A DNA stretch of 32,000 bases from Nitrososphaeraceae archaeon (GCA_045808425.1 JBJMFM010000010.1:12044-44043), one strand, 5' to 3'. Counted from the first letter of the stretch, positions 17,062 to 25,802 are shown. Numbers and translations are program-made. Notes: a model not told the origin generated them from the sequence alone.

Positions 17062-17736
17062 ATGAGAATAGGAATAATCGGTGGAACTGGTGGGATGGGA
17101 GAAGGTTTTGCATTGAGATGGTGTTTTACACATGATGTCATAATAGGTTCAAGGGATGCTCAGAGAGCAAAACAAGCTGCAGACAACTACATCAAAATAG
17201 CTCTCGAAGCATATGGAAAGAGTATTACCGGTAGTATTACCGGGGATGATAATTTTGAACTTGCCAGAAATTGCGATCTCTTAATATTATCTGTGCCATA
17301 TGAGAATATCGAGAGTACATGCAACAACCTTCAGCAAACAATAAGAAATGATTGTGTTGTTGTGTCTCCAATTGTCCCGATGACTAAAACTCAAGCAGGT
17401 TTTGTTTACATTCCTTTTGAACAGAGACTAAGAGCCGCCGCTTGCATGGTTGCAGATGCGTTACCCCCTCGGTCCAGAGTCATTTCGGCCTTCCATACTA
17501 TTTCTGAGGTTAAATTAAGAAATGTAAAACAGAGCCTAGACACCGATACATTTGTTTGCGGTGATGATGTTAATACAGTGTCAAGAGTAAATAGCTTGAT
17601 TTCTGAAATTAACGGTCTTCGTGCTATTTACCTAGGGCCTTTATCTATGACATATCAGGCTGAAATTCTAACTCCAATGTTATTAAATGCAGCGAAAATG
17701 AATAAAATGAAAAATCCTGGAATCAGATTAGTGTAG
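17062..17736 (+). CDS. fno: NADPH-dependent F420 reductase (F420H2:NADP+ oxidoreductase)
   Basis: MRIGIIGGTGGMGEGFALRW...VIIGSRDAQRAKQAAD closely follows the remembered Fno/NpdG N-terminal Rossmann pattern. The length of 224 aa is typical. Confidence 0.8.
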   Translation: MRIGIIGGTGGMGEGFALRWCFTHDVIIGSRDAQRAKQAADNYIKIALEAYGKSITGSITGDDNFELARNCDLLILSVPYENIESTCNNLQQTIRNDCVVVSPIVPMTKTQAGFVYIPFEQRLRAAACMVADALPPRSRVISAFHTISEVKLRNVKQSLDTDTFVCGDDVNTVSRVNSLISEINGLRAIYLGPLSMTYQAEILTPMLLNAAKMNKMKNPGIRLV

Positions 17737-17742
17737 TATGCC

Positions 17743-18060
17743 ATGAGATACAGTCGAAGAAAGAAAAACGCAGGCGGAGCAGAGAATCGTCGCGGAAGAA
17801 ATTGGATGTCCGCAATGGGAATATTATTCATTGTCATGGCTGTCATAATCGCATTAAGAAATCTTTATTTTTTTACTACTCAGCTGTCCATTTGGTTCTA
17901 TCTTGATAATTACACAAATGGTCAGATTAACAATGAGAAATTTGTTATTGCAATGGTAGTCGCGGGTGGCATTTTGTTATTTTGTGGGTACTTTAAAAAG
18001 AATAATGAAGACAGCCGGCGTGATGAATACGAATCACGCAGATTTAATTATGGATTGTAA
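17743..18060 (+). CDS. Hypothetical small membrane protein (2 TM)
   Basis: 105 aa with a basic N-terminus, two hydrophobic helices and a charged tail. It starts 7 nt after the fno stop. Confidence 0.4.
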   Translation: MRYSRRKKNAGGAENRRGRNWMSAMGILFIVMAVIIALRNLYFFTTQLSIWFYLDNYTNGQINNEKFVIAMVVAGGILLFCGYFKKNNEDSRRDEYESRRFNYGL

Positions 18061-18196
18061 GATCAAGATTTTTTCCTGATGATATCAAGCCAAGATAAAT
18101 GTGGGGAATTCCATGTATAGACTGGTTAACGCAGTCAATGCAGAATCAATAATCAAGGTTTAATAGTAGAGATCAACACATATGATTTGAACAGTA

Positions 18197-18982
18197 TTGG
18201 GTCTTATGAATCGTATTTCAACCGTCGTTAAACAAAAGGTTAGTACTCTTCTCGACAGATATGAGGATCCTAAAGAAGCCCTGGACTATTCATATACAAA
18301 GCAGACCGAGATGTTAAATAAGTTAAGAAGAGACATTGCAGAAGTAATAACGGCCAAAAAGCGGCTGGAAATGCAAAAGGCAAAATTATGGGATAATATC
18401 CGTACGCTTGATGAGCAATCTAGACGTGCAATAGATGCAGATAAGGAAGATCTGGCTAGGCTAGCCCTAGAGCGAAAGAATGTCAACATGATGCGACTGC
18501 GTGCATTGGATAAGCAGATAACCGATATGCAGTCAGAACAAGAAAAGCTTCAAGATACAGAAAGACGCCTGTCTTCCAAAGTAGAGGAATTCAATTCAAA
18601 GAAAGAGGTCATAAAGGCCCAGTATTCAGCAGCAGAAGCTCAGGTTCGAATCAAGGAAAGCGTTACAGGGATATCAGAGGAAATGGCTGATGTAGGCATA
18701 GCAATGAATAAAGCAGAAGAAAAGGCTGAAAAAATGAAAGCCAAGTCTCAGGCTTTAGATGAAATGATAGATTCTGGTGTCCTCACAGATTATACTTCAA
18801 ACACGAATGATGATGGAAGTGCCATAGAAAAAGAGCTAGAAGACGTTGCGTCACAAAGGGCGGTAGACGAAGAGTTGGCTAAACTAAAGGCTGAGCGTTC
18901 TAAAAAGAAAAAGCTCGGCAATAGGAGCGATGATGTCGTGGAAGAGCAAGAGACAGAAGAGGTACAGCAGGCCGCCACTTGA
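18197..18982 (+). CDS. pspA: PspA/IM30/Vipp1-family membrane-remodelling protein
   Basis: MGLMNRISTVVKQKVSTLLDRYEDPKEALDYSY... is the canonical PspA N-terminal amphipathic helix plus the EDP motif. A long coiled-coil and an acidic tail follow. The TTG start gives the conserved MGL N-terminus. Confidence 0.9.
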   Translation: MGLMNRISTVVKQKVSTLLDRYEDPKEALDYSYTKQTEMLNKLRRDIAEVITAKKRLEMQKAKLWDNIRTLDEQSRRAIDADKEDLARLALERKNVNMMRLRALDKQITDMQSEQEKLQDTERRLSSKVEEFNSKKEVIKAQYSAAEAQVRIKESVTGISEEMADVGIAMNKAEEKAEKMKAKSQALDEMIDSGVLTDYTSNTNDDGSAIEKELEDVASQRAVDEELAKLKAERSKKKKLGNRSDDVVEEQETEEVQQAAT

Positions 18983-19166
18983 TTCAAATGATGAATGTGA
19001 CGCGATTAGAAACAGCAGATCAATAATATGTATATATATATATTTTAAAAGTTATTCCATATTTGCTGCAATATATGAAAGATAAACTAAATTAGCAAAG
19101 TTAAAGGCTTAGAAACTTCATAAAATAAGCTGGTAGTAAAAAATAGGAGGAATAAAGAGCACCATA

Positions 19167-19670
19167 ATGAAAAAGACTAAATCCCCAAAAAAAGGTAAAT
19201 CGAAAACCGCTAAGAAAAGCGAATTTTCGTCTAGAAAGCAAAAACCATCGAAACGAGGAAGCACATATCAAATCACAAGAGGCAGAAGCAGACAGTTAGC
19301 AAAAGCTAGCAAGCAGCTTGCAAAACGAAAGCATCCTAGGAAAAAAAGCGGTAGTACTCGAGTTAAGCCCGTTACGAAGAACAAGATTGTAAGAATTATG
19401 GGCCATGGTCAGTTTAGCGTAGATTCCAAAATATTGCAAAGGCTAAATGAGATTGACGGCTTGCTTGTGCGACTGGTAAACATGGACAGGCCTGATGATA
19501 ACGAATTCAAAAAGCATCTGGTCGATCTGACAGCTATTGTGGAAAAAAATGGAAAACAGATTGATCCAAAGGAAATAATCCAGTCTGATATCATCCTTCC
19601 CAGTGCCGACCTTTCAATCGATGAGGCAAAAAGGCTGTTTACAGGCGAGGGTGTAGTTCCAGTAATCTAA
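19167..19670 (+). CDS. PspA-associated PspAA-like domain protein with a 75-aa Lys/Arg/Ser-rich N-terminal extension
   Basis: The C-terminal 90 aa read IVRIMGHGQFSV...LNEIDGLLVRLV...EFKKHLVDLTAIVEKNGKQIDPKEIIQSDIILPSADLSIDEAKRLFTGEGVVP. This matches my memory of the PspAA pattern (IVRIMGEGQ ... SD-x-ILP ... EG-IP). A GGAGG lies upstream. Confidence 0.6.
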   Translation: MKKTKSPKKGKSKTAKKSEFSSRKQKPSKRGSTYQITRGRSRQLAKASKQLAKRKHPRKKSGSTRVKPVTKNKIVRIMGHGQFSVDSKILQRLNEIDGLLVRLVNMDRPDDNEFKKHLVDLTAIVEKNGKQIDPKEIIQSDIILPSADLSIDEAKRLFTGEGVVPVI

Positions 19671-19681
19671 ATAGTATAGGA

Positions 19682-20287
19682 TTAGAAAGGCAAGTCCCAC
19701 AGCGGATACCACATTGCCATATCCCGCTCGAATGGAATCTCATCCTGGATGCTTGCCATTATTCTCATCTCATTTTCTGTATCTCTGGTTTTTTTGCCAA
19801 AGAACGGCACAAAAGGATAAAATTTGTTAGATTTATAGTTATAAATTAAATACTGCATCTTATTGTTCTCGCTATCGTTGGATTTTTGTTCTCGGCTAAG
19901 TTCAAAGATCGATGCAAGTAATTGGCTTGAAAATCCTTTTTCCTGTATAGTATCACCTATGGCGGTTATAGCTGCTAATATGTCCTCTATTGTTCTTCCC
20001 TTGAGAATTACCCACAGATAGCCATAAGAGTCAATAATCGTACGATACTCTAGTTCAAAATCTGGCTTACTGATATTAAGAAATCTTTCAATTTCATCTT
20101 TCATTTCATTAAAATACATGCCACTTGCTGATTTAGCAGCCAAAGCGCATCTACCAGTAGGTTTTAAGCCAAGTTTAGTCTCCAATGTGATTGTTGCCGA
20201 AGAAAGAGAAAAAATTGCTTCAGAATCTATTTTTGATTTGTTCTTGTCATAGTAAATGCCCTTCCTAATTTTCCGAAAAAAGCTCAA
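19682..20287 (-). CDS. PspAB-like (PspA-associated protein B) domain protein
   Basis: AIFSLSSATITLE, DSYGYLWVIL, YLIYNYKSNKFYPFVPF, RDTENEMRI and MWYPLWDLPF match my memory of the family co-encoded with HtpX-like peptidases. The TTG start overlaps the htpX stop (TTGA). Confidence 0.55.
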   Translation of the reverse strand: MSFFRKIRKGIYYDKNKSKIDSEAIFSLSSATITLETKLGLKPTGRCALAAKSASGMYFNEMKDEIERFLNISKPDFELEYRTIIDSYGYLWVILKGRTIEDILAAITAIGDTIQEKGFSSQLLASIFELSREQKSNDSENNKMQYLIYNYKSNKFYPFVPFFGKKTRDTENEMRIMASIQDEIPFERDMAMWYPLWDLPF

Positions 20288-21204
20288 CTCATGGAAGCCT
20301 CCATCTCCATAAGCTTCTGTATTCTCTTTTCAACTGGTGGGTGAGTAGAAAAGAGATTCACAATGGTGCTCCCAGACATGGCGGGTACGATAAAAAATGC
20401 ATTTAATCCTTCAGCCTGCCGCAAATCTTTTGTAGGCATTCGCTGCATATTACCGCTAATTTTCATTAAAGCATTCGCTAGCTTGACTGGCTTTCCCGTC
20501 ATTTGTGCAGATCCCCTGTCTGCAGCGAACTCTCTGTAACGCGAAATAGCGCGGATAATAAGAAAGCTAATAACCCACGTGAGGATTGCGACAACTATTA
20601 CGATAGCCATTCCTCCGCCATTATTGCGGTCTCTACTGCCGTAACCATATCCGTATCCGTAGCCCATACCACCGTAGAATCCAAACTGCATAAGATACCA
20701 CGCAACGGTAGAGAATAAGCTTGCAAGTGTTAGAACAAGAACATCGCGGTTTCTAATATGCGTCAGTTCATGTGCCAACACACCTTCTAATTCCTCTGTA
20801 TCAAGCAGATCCATAAGTCCTGTGGTCACAGCTACCACGGAGCTGCTCTTTCCTTTACCAGTCGCAAATGCATTAGGCATTTTTGTATTAATTACAGCTA
20901 TCTTCGGTTTAGGAAGATTATTTCTTGCAATAATTCTTTCTACAACATCATGTAGTTTTGGATACTGTTCTCTTGTCACTGTCTTTGCTCCTGAGCTCCA
21001 AAGGACGATCTTGTCTGAGAAATACCACTGTAATAAAATCATTATAGAGGCAACTACGGTTATTGAAATAAAATCCAGACCAACGTAGGCTAGTACACTA
21101 AGAAACAAAATATAGAGTAGCGCAAGAATGCCAAAACTAAGAAGTATTCGAACAGTTAGGCCGGTATCACGTCTCTGCCACGATGGTCTTCTTGAAACAG
21201 ACAA
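20284..21204 (-). CDS. htpX: HtpX-type M48 zinc metalloprotease, membrane-bound
   Basis: It has two N-terminal TM helices, NAFATG, the HELTHIRNRD (HExxH) zinc site, two further TM helices, and EFAADRGSA followed by STHPPVEKRI. It contains an unusual GGMGYGYGYGYGSRDRNNGGG insert. Confidence 0.92.
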   Translation of the reverse strand: MSVSRRPSWQRRDTGLTVRILLSFGILALLYILFLSVLAYVGLDFISITVVASIMILLQWYFSDKIVLWSSGAKTVTREQYPKLHDVVERIIARNNLPKPKIAVINTKMPNAFATGKGKSSSVVAVTTGLMDLLDTEELEGVLAHELTHIRNRDVLVLTLASLFSTVAWYLMQFGFYGGMGYGYGYGYGSRDRNNGGGMAIVIVVAILTWVISFLIIRAISRYREFAADRGSAQMTGKPVKLANALMKISGNMQRMPTKDLRQAEGLNAFFIVPAMSGSTIVNLFSTHPPVEKRIQKLMEMEASMS

Positions 21205-21237
21205 GTGTAAATATAATTAGACTGAAACCACTTTTAA

Positions 21238-22425
21238 TTATTTGCCTGAATTATATATAAAACGCTCTAGCTTATCCATTGCATTCTCTAGGACTTCTTC
21301 ACTGGCAAGATAAACTATTCTAAAATGGCCCGCACCAAATTCTGAACCAAATCCAGATCCATGAACAGTCAATACCCCTGTATTATTTAGTAGATCAAGA
21401 ACAAATTGCAAATCATCGTTCCAACGGGAGTCCATATTGATTTTTGGAAAAACATAGAAAGCGCCATGTGGTATTTTACAAGTGACTCCTTCGATTGCAT
21501 TTAGACGTTTTACTACGTAGTCTCGTCTTCTATGTAGTTTTGCAACCATGTCTTTAATATGGTCTTGAGGTCCTCGCAATGCTTGTACCGCTGCTTTTTG
21601 GACAGGAAGATTTGCAGATATACGAACCCTGGCAAGCTTAGGAACATTCTTTCGGAAAGAATCGAGTCTTTGTGAAGAGCTATTTATACAAATATATCCA
21701 CATCTCCAACCTGTCATCAGGTACGCTTTGGAAAAGCCATTAAGTAAAATCAAGGGAGCATCTTTTGCCACGCTTCCTATGCCGGTGAACTGATTATCAA
21801 AAACAATTTTATCATATATTTCGTCGCATATTACATACAAATCATGTTCAGCAGCCACGTCAATTAATTGCTGCAGACTTTTACGATCGAAAACTTCTCC
21901 CGTCGGATTGTTTGGACTGATTAGACATAATGCCCTAGATCTGGAAGTTGCCTTGGATCTTAGGTCTTCAATATCAGGTCGACCATCGTCATGTAATTTA
22001 AACTCTACTGGTTTTCCTCCATAGAATTTGACATATGAGGCATATGGCGGATAATATGGTCCCGGCATAAGAACCTCGGTATTAGGGTCGACTACAGAAG
22101 CCATAGTCATATCGAGTCCTTCCGAAACACCATTTGTAATTAACACATCGGTTTCTTCTATCGAAAGTCCTTTTTGTTTTTCTTTATCAACAACTGCATT
22201 TCTTAGTTCAGGGAGTCCTTCAGATTCGGTGTAATAGTTTTCATTGTTCTCTACTGCACCAATCAATGCCTGTTTAATATGATGAGGTGTATTGAAACCA
22301 TATTTGACAGGATCCCCTATATTGAGATATATTATCTGTTTCCCTGTCGCTTCATATTGTCTTGCATGAGAAATTATATCACGTATAGCATATTCTACAC
22401 CTGCAGTTCTATCTGAGACTTTCAA
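21238..22425 (-). CDS. Class I/II PLP aminotransferase, alanine/aspartate aminotransferase-like
   Basis: Collinear resemblance to the remembered Pyrococcus alanine aminotransferase: EYAIRDI, LNIGDPVK, NPNNPTG, NGFSKAYLMTGWRCGY (PLP Lys), GAFYVFPK and HGSGFG...GHFRIV. Confidence 0.9.
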   Translation of the reverse strand: MKVSDRTAGVEYAIRDIISHARQYEATGKQIIYLNIGDPVKYGFNTPHHIKQALIGAVENNENYYTESEGLPELRNAVVDKEKQKGLSIEETDVLITNGVSEGLDMTMASVVDPNTEVLMPGPYYPPYASYVKFYGGKPVEFKLHDDGRPDIEDLRSKATSRSRALCLISPNNPTGEVFDRKSLQQLIDVAAEHDLYVICDEIYDKIVFDNQFTGIGSVAKDAPLILLNGFSKAYLMTGWRCGYICINSSSQRLDSFRKNVPKLARVRISANLPVQKAAVQALRGPQDHIKDMVAKLHRRRDYVVKRLNAIEGVTCKIPHGAFYVFPKINMDSRWNDDLQFVLDLLNNTGVLTVHGSGFGSEFGAGHFRIVYLASEEVLENAMDKLERFIYNSGK

Positions 22426-22721
22426 TTGATATTCTAAGGTTAGAATACCTAGTTAAACTGTTGTGCACCTATGAGCATCATATTATGATGACAAGTCATA
22501 TGCAACGCAGCGATAAAATTTATTATTCTTTTGATCTTCGAGATTTCTGCACAAATATGAGTGGTAGTGTTTATTGCCGTAATGATCACCCTTCTATAGT
22601 CATCAGAGCTTAAATTTGACTTGAAAGAGAGGTTGAATATAATATGATTTTTTTGGATTGCATGTCATTATTTTACAAACATATCTATCTAGTAGCAAGG
22701 TGTGTGATGGCAGTTCAATTG

Positions 22722-22729
22722 ATATATGG
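22722..22729 (+). promoter_or_regulatory. Possible TATA box for tRNA-Arg
   Basis: ATATATGG is centred about 26 nt upstream of tRNA position +1 (22751). The evidence is position only. Confidence 0.3.
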
Positions 22730-22750
22730 CACAATCAATGAAGCCAAATA

Positions 22751-22825
22751 GGGCCCGTAGCGTAGCTAGGATATCGCGGCGGTCTTCGGAACCGCAGGTC
22801 ATGGGATCGAAGCCCATCGGGTCCG
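22751..22825 (+). tRNA. tRNA-Arg (anticodon UCG)
   Basis: Hand-folded cloverleaf:
- acceptor GGGCCCG/CGGGTCC, with one G-U pair
- anticodon arm GCGGT-CTTCGGA-ACCGC
- variable region AGGTC
- T arm ATGGG-ATCGAAG-CCCAT
- discriminator G
The length is 75 nt, there is no intron and no CCA is encoded. Confidence 0.85.
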
Positions 22826-22843
22826 CTTTTCTTAAAGTTTTAA

Positions 22844-25084
22844 TTACTTTTCAAATAGAACTTGTTTAATTCTGATCGTTAGTATTCCTCTTTCATGATA
22901 CAAGTCTCCAACGGCTCTAAACTCTGAGCCAGTTTTTAAGAGATCTCGTGGTCCATCATAGTCGTATTGGTTAAGCCTTGCATGCCACCTCTCGTCAATT
23001 GTCACAAGAGCCTTTCCAGGCAAAATTTTCTCGACATATACATTATAGATTTTCCCTGGGTATTGTTTAAGACTCTCAGCTGTTGTCAGCCTTCCATCGT
23101 CTAACCACTCTATCTTCTTTAGCTTTTCGAGTTTCTTTATTGCTTCGACTAGGACCAGATTTTCAAGCCGCAAGTTCTCGCGAAGCTCGTCGGCATCGAT
23201 ACCATGTTTTCCCGCCTTCACTAACTGTAAATAAATGAGCCTAACTGCTCTTTGTACACCTCTTCTCAATTTACCGGTGACCAAATCTGCTTCGAGCACA
23301 GAAGAGATCTGCCTGCTCCTTGTTTGTAATCTGCTTAAGTGCCCTCTTCTTGCGTCGTCACCATCTGGTGACTTGCCATCTTTTATCTCCAATTCAATTC
23401 TTTTTGTTAAATTTTGTTGCAGTCTTGCTTGTCTATTTTCGATTACGGATAATTCCTCCGAGGTCATGAGATTGGGCTTGAATGGTAGCCTGTTCATTTG
23501 CTTTAAAGTGATATTGGTTATATTACTCAAACGTTTGTGCATCATTTCTATACGCCTTTGGCTTGCAAGATGATAACGTCTGTCAACCGTCTCGTTGGCA
23601 GCAAGTATGATAACTGAGCCTGCCGACTTCCTTCCAGTTCTACCTTTCCTTTGGATATACCTTATTTCGCTTGGTATTGGTTCATAAAAGATCACGAGAT
23701 CCACTTCGGGTATATCAAGCCCCTCTTCAGCTATGGACGTTGCTACAAGAACATTAAACTCTCCATTTCGAAATAATTCAAGAACCGTCGCTTGTTCTTC
23801 CTGCCTCATTCCTTCATCTCCCTGTCTCTTTGCTTGACCTACAAACCTTGAAGACCTGATGCTGCTTTTGGATAAGATATCTGTTATATGCCTAGCAGTA
23901 TCCCTATACTGAGTAAATATCAAAATCCTAGATCTACTCTCTTCAGGACCATTCACTGAGGACTGAAGATGCTGCTTCACCAGTTCCAGCACACGCTTGA
24001 CCTTGGGGTGCTCTTTTTGTATTCCTGATATGAGCGCTTTGGCTTCTAAAATTCTAGGATCCCTGCGCAGAAATGATTGTGTCTTTGAGTCATCTTTCTC
24101 TGCCCTATCCAGGAATGCCTTGAGCGAATATGAACCCTGGCTACCCATTAGCTCAATGCAATACATCAAACTCAGAGCAGCTGATTGATTTGAAAGAGCT
24201 ATATAAATTGGCCCTCTTTGCTCTTCCATCGTAAGTTCAAGGTTGTATCGAAGAAGATCTCCTGCCTGTATCAAATCTCTTTTGAATATCCAGTCAATTC
24301 TGTTTTTCGTAACTATACCTCTTTGAATAAGCCATTTCAATTTCTCATCCAATACGGATCGGAGTAGAGATATAACATACATATACTCCTCTGGTAGGTT
24401 AAACCACTCCCACTTGACATCAATTGGGTTGACATAGGGTTTTACGTCGGGGTCCTCTTCCGTTCTGTATTCCATGTTCTCAACGAAGAGGTTATCACAA
24501 ACTTCTTGCACTCTCTTCCTCTCAGCGCCAGGGCTAGCAGTTAGCGCTAGTAATAAAGGATTAGATGACTGCTCTATGTAGTGTCTTGCTATTGAAGTAT
24601 ATGCATAGTCTTTTACCGCTCTATGTGCTTCGTCAAATACCAATAAACTAAAGTCACTTAAAGATAATCTACGTTCACTTATGTCATTCTTGACGACTTC
24701 AGGTGTGGCAAACAGCAATCTTATACGCCTCTGGTTCCATACTGCAGAACGATATTCAGGAGGAGTCTTTCCGGTTACGCATGCTGTCTCCTCTTGTAGT
24801 ACCTTCAATGCTGATAGGAACGACATCATATGTTGGGATACCAGTGGCCTTGTCGGTGCCATTACCAATACACGCATATCCTTATACTTGTAAAGCATAT
24901 TTGCGCAAACAAGCAAAGCTACAATTGTCTTTCCAAGAGAAGTTGGAAGAATTACAAGCGTGTTTCTGTAGCAACATGACTGAGATATAGCCTTTTGATA
25001 ACTTCTCAGCTCTAAGCATCTATTCCATACAAGAGGATGTTCTACGTACTGCAGCGGCAACAATTCAATAGGAGAACTATTCAC
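22844..25084 (-). CDS. Hef/FANCM/Mph1-type SF2 helicase (COG1111-like) lacking an ERCC4 nuclease domain, with a winged-helix-like plus beta-barrel C-terminal region
   Basis: Helicase motifs: LPTSLGKT (I), VFDEAHRA (II), LTASPG (III) and QRKGRTGR (VI). An insertion of about 190 aa between the RecA lobes is typical of Hef. No ERK/GDxnERK nuclease motif or HhH motif is seen in the last ~215 aa. Confidence 0.85.
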   Translation of the reverse strand: MNSSPIELLPLQYVEHPLVWNRCLELRSYQKAISQSCCYRNTLVILPTSLGKTIVALLVCANMLYKYKDMRVLVMAPTRPLVSQHMMSFLSALKVLQEETACVTGKTPPEYRSAVWNQRRIRLLFATPEVVKNDISERRLSLSDFSLLVFDEAHRAVKDYAYTSIARHYIEQSSNPLLLALTASPGAERKRVQEVCDNLFVENMEYRTEEDPDVKPYVNPIDVKWEWFNLPEEYMYVISLLRSVLDEKLKWLIQRGIVTKNRIDWIFKRDLIQAGDLLRYNLELTMEEQRGPIYIALSNQSAALSLMYCIELMGSQGSYSLKAFLDRAEKDDSKTQSFLRRDPRILEAKALISGIQKEHPKVKRVLELVKQHLQSSVNGPEESRSRILIFTQYRDTARHITDILSKSSIRSSRFVGQAKRQGDEGMRQEEQATVLELFRNGEFNVLVATSIAEEGLDIPEVDLVIFYEPIPSEIRYIQRKGRTGRKSAGSVIILAANETVDRRYHLASQRRIEMMHKRLSNITNITLKQMNRLPFKPNLMTSEELSVIENRQARLQQNLTKRIELEIKDGKSPDGDDARRGHLSRLQTRSRQISSVLEADLVTGKLRRGVQRAVRLIYLQLVKAGKHGIDADELRENLRLENLVLVEAIKKLEKLKKIEWLDDGRLTTAESLKQYPGKIYNVYVEKILPGKALVTIDERWHARLNQYDYDGPRDLLKTGSEFRAVGDLYHERGILTIRIKQVLFEK

Positions 25085-25276
25085 AATACATGCAAATAAT
25101 CATTTAGCAAATATAAAATGAGCTATACGTTCTACTACAGCCATAACAATTTTCTTTCTAAACTACAAATATGCTGTTGGCCCTGTAGCCACATAGTTTT
25201 AAGAAACAGTTTTAAGAATCTTGCTGAAAGCCAAACTTTGTTATTGATCATAATACAGATTGAAAAAATGGCTTCG

Positions 25277-25603
25277 TTATATCTCGAAGATATCTCTCTG
25301 ATCTGTTGCCGGTCGTTTTCTTTGAGGATTAACTTCATCGATACTCTTTGCTAGCTGAGATAGCTTTGGGTTAGAGACTAGTCTATTTATTTCTCCTATT
25401 TCAGCTTCTGATCTGAGTACTATTCCTCTTTTCTTTGAAGGAGACCCAGTAGAATCTACAGGATTTACTTCTATTGCTAATGTCGCTGGCCTTCCCTTAA
25501 ATGGCGGCAACTTTAGAAGAAACACTCCGGGTATACTAGTCGGCTTTCTTTCCCAATCTGTGCCGTCCCTCAGAAATTCTAGTAGTCTTTCATCGATGCT
25601 CAT
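25277..25603 (-). CDS. Hypothetical protein (108 aa)
   Basis: A clean ORF upstream of, and co-oriented with, the Hef-like gene (192-nt gap). No recognisable motif. It has a basic C-terminal tail ending QRDIFEI. Confidence 0.45.
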   Translation of the reverse strand: MSIDERLLEFLRDGTDWERKPTSIPGVFLLKLPPFKGRPATLAIEVNPVDSTGSPSKKRGIVLRSEAEIGEINRLVSNPKLSQLAKSIDEVNPQRKRPATDQRDIFEI

Positions 25604-25802
25604 GATATAAGATCAATTGAAATTCAATTATTTTATAGATATAAAAACATAAAGTCTGACCATTTCCATTGATAACACATATACGATATTTCCGCTACTA
25701 GTTGACAAGAATTCAAGATTTAGTTTTTTGATATGTGATATAAACCTTAAGCTGTGAATCAAAACATTAAAACTTTTGATTGGCATTCATTAAGTTTGCG
25801 AA

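Noticed and set aside
16938-17141. 67-aa minus-strand ORF
   Set aside because: It overlaps the conserved N-terminal Rossmann region of the F420 reductase gene on the other strand. It is Pro/Ile-rich with no motif.
19029-19046. (TA)n microsatellite-like run between pspA and the PspAA-like gene
   Set aside because: It is short and typical of AT-rich intergenic DNA. It may simply be TATA-like promoter sequence, and there is no evidence of function.
22476-22490. Perfect palindrome CATCATA-T-TATGATG 50-65 nt upstream of the aminotransferase gene
   Set aside because: A 7-bp-arm palindrome is expected by chance once or more in 32 kb of AT-rich DNA. There is no second copy or other support.
23000-23495. 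Search for an ERCC4 nuclease (ERK / GDxnERKxxxD) or HhH2 motif in the Hef-like C-terminus
   Set aside because: No such motif was found by eye, so the gene is not called a Hef helicase-nuclease. A degenerate fold cannot be excluded without a profile search.
25118-25354. Two overlapping ORFs (78 aa plus strand, 67 aa minus strand) between the Hef-like gene and the 108-aa ORF
   Set aside because: They are mutually exclusive, partly overlap the 108-aa ORF, and have low-complexity, Cys/Leu/Ile-rich sequences. The region is more likely the promoter/5' region of the Hef-like gene.
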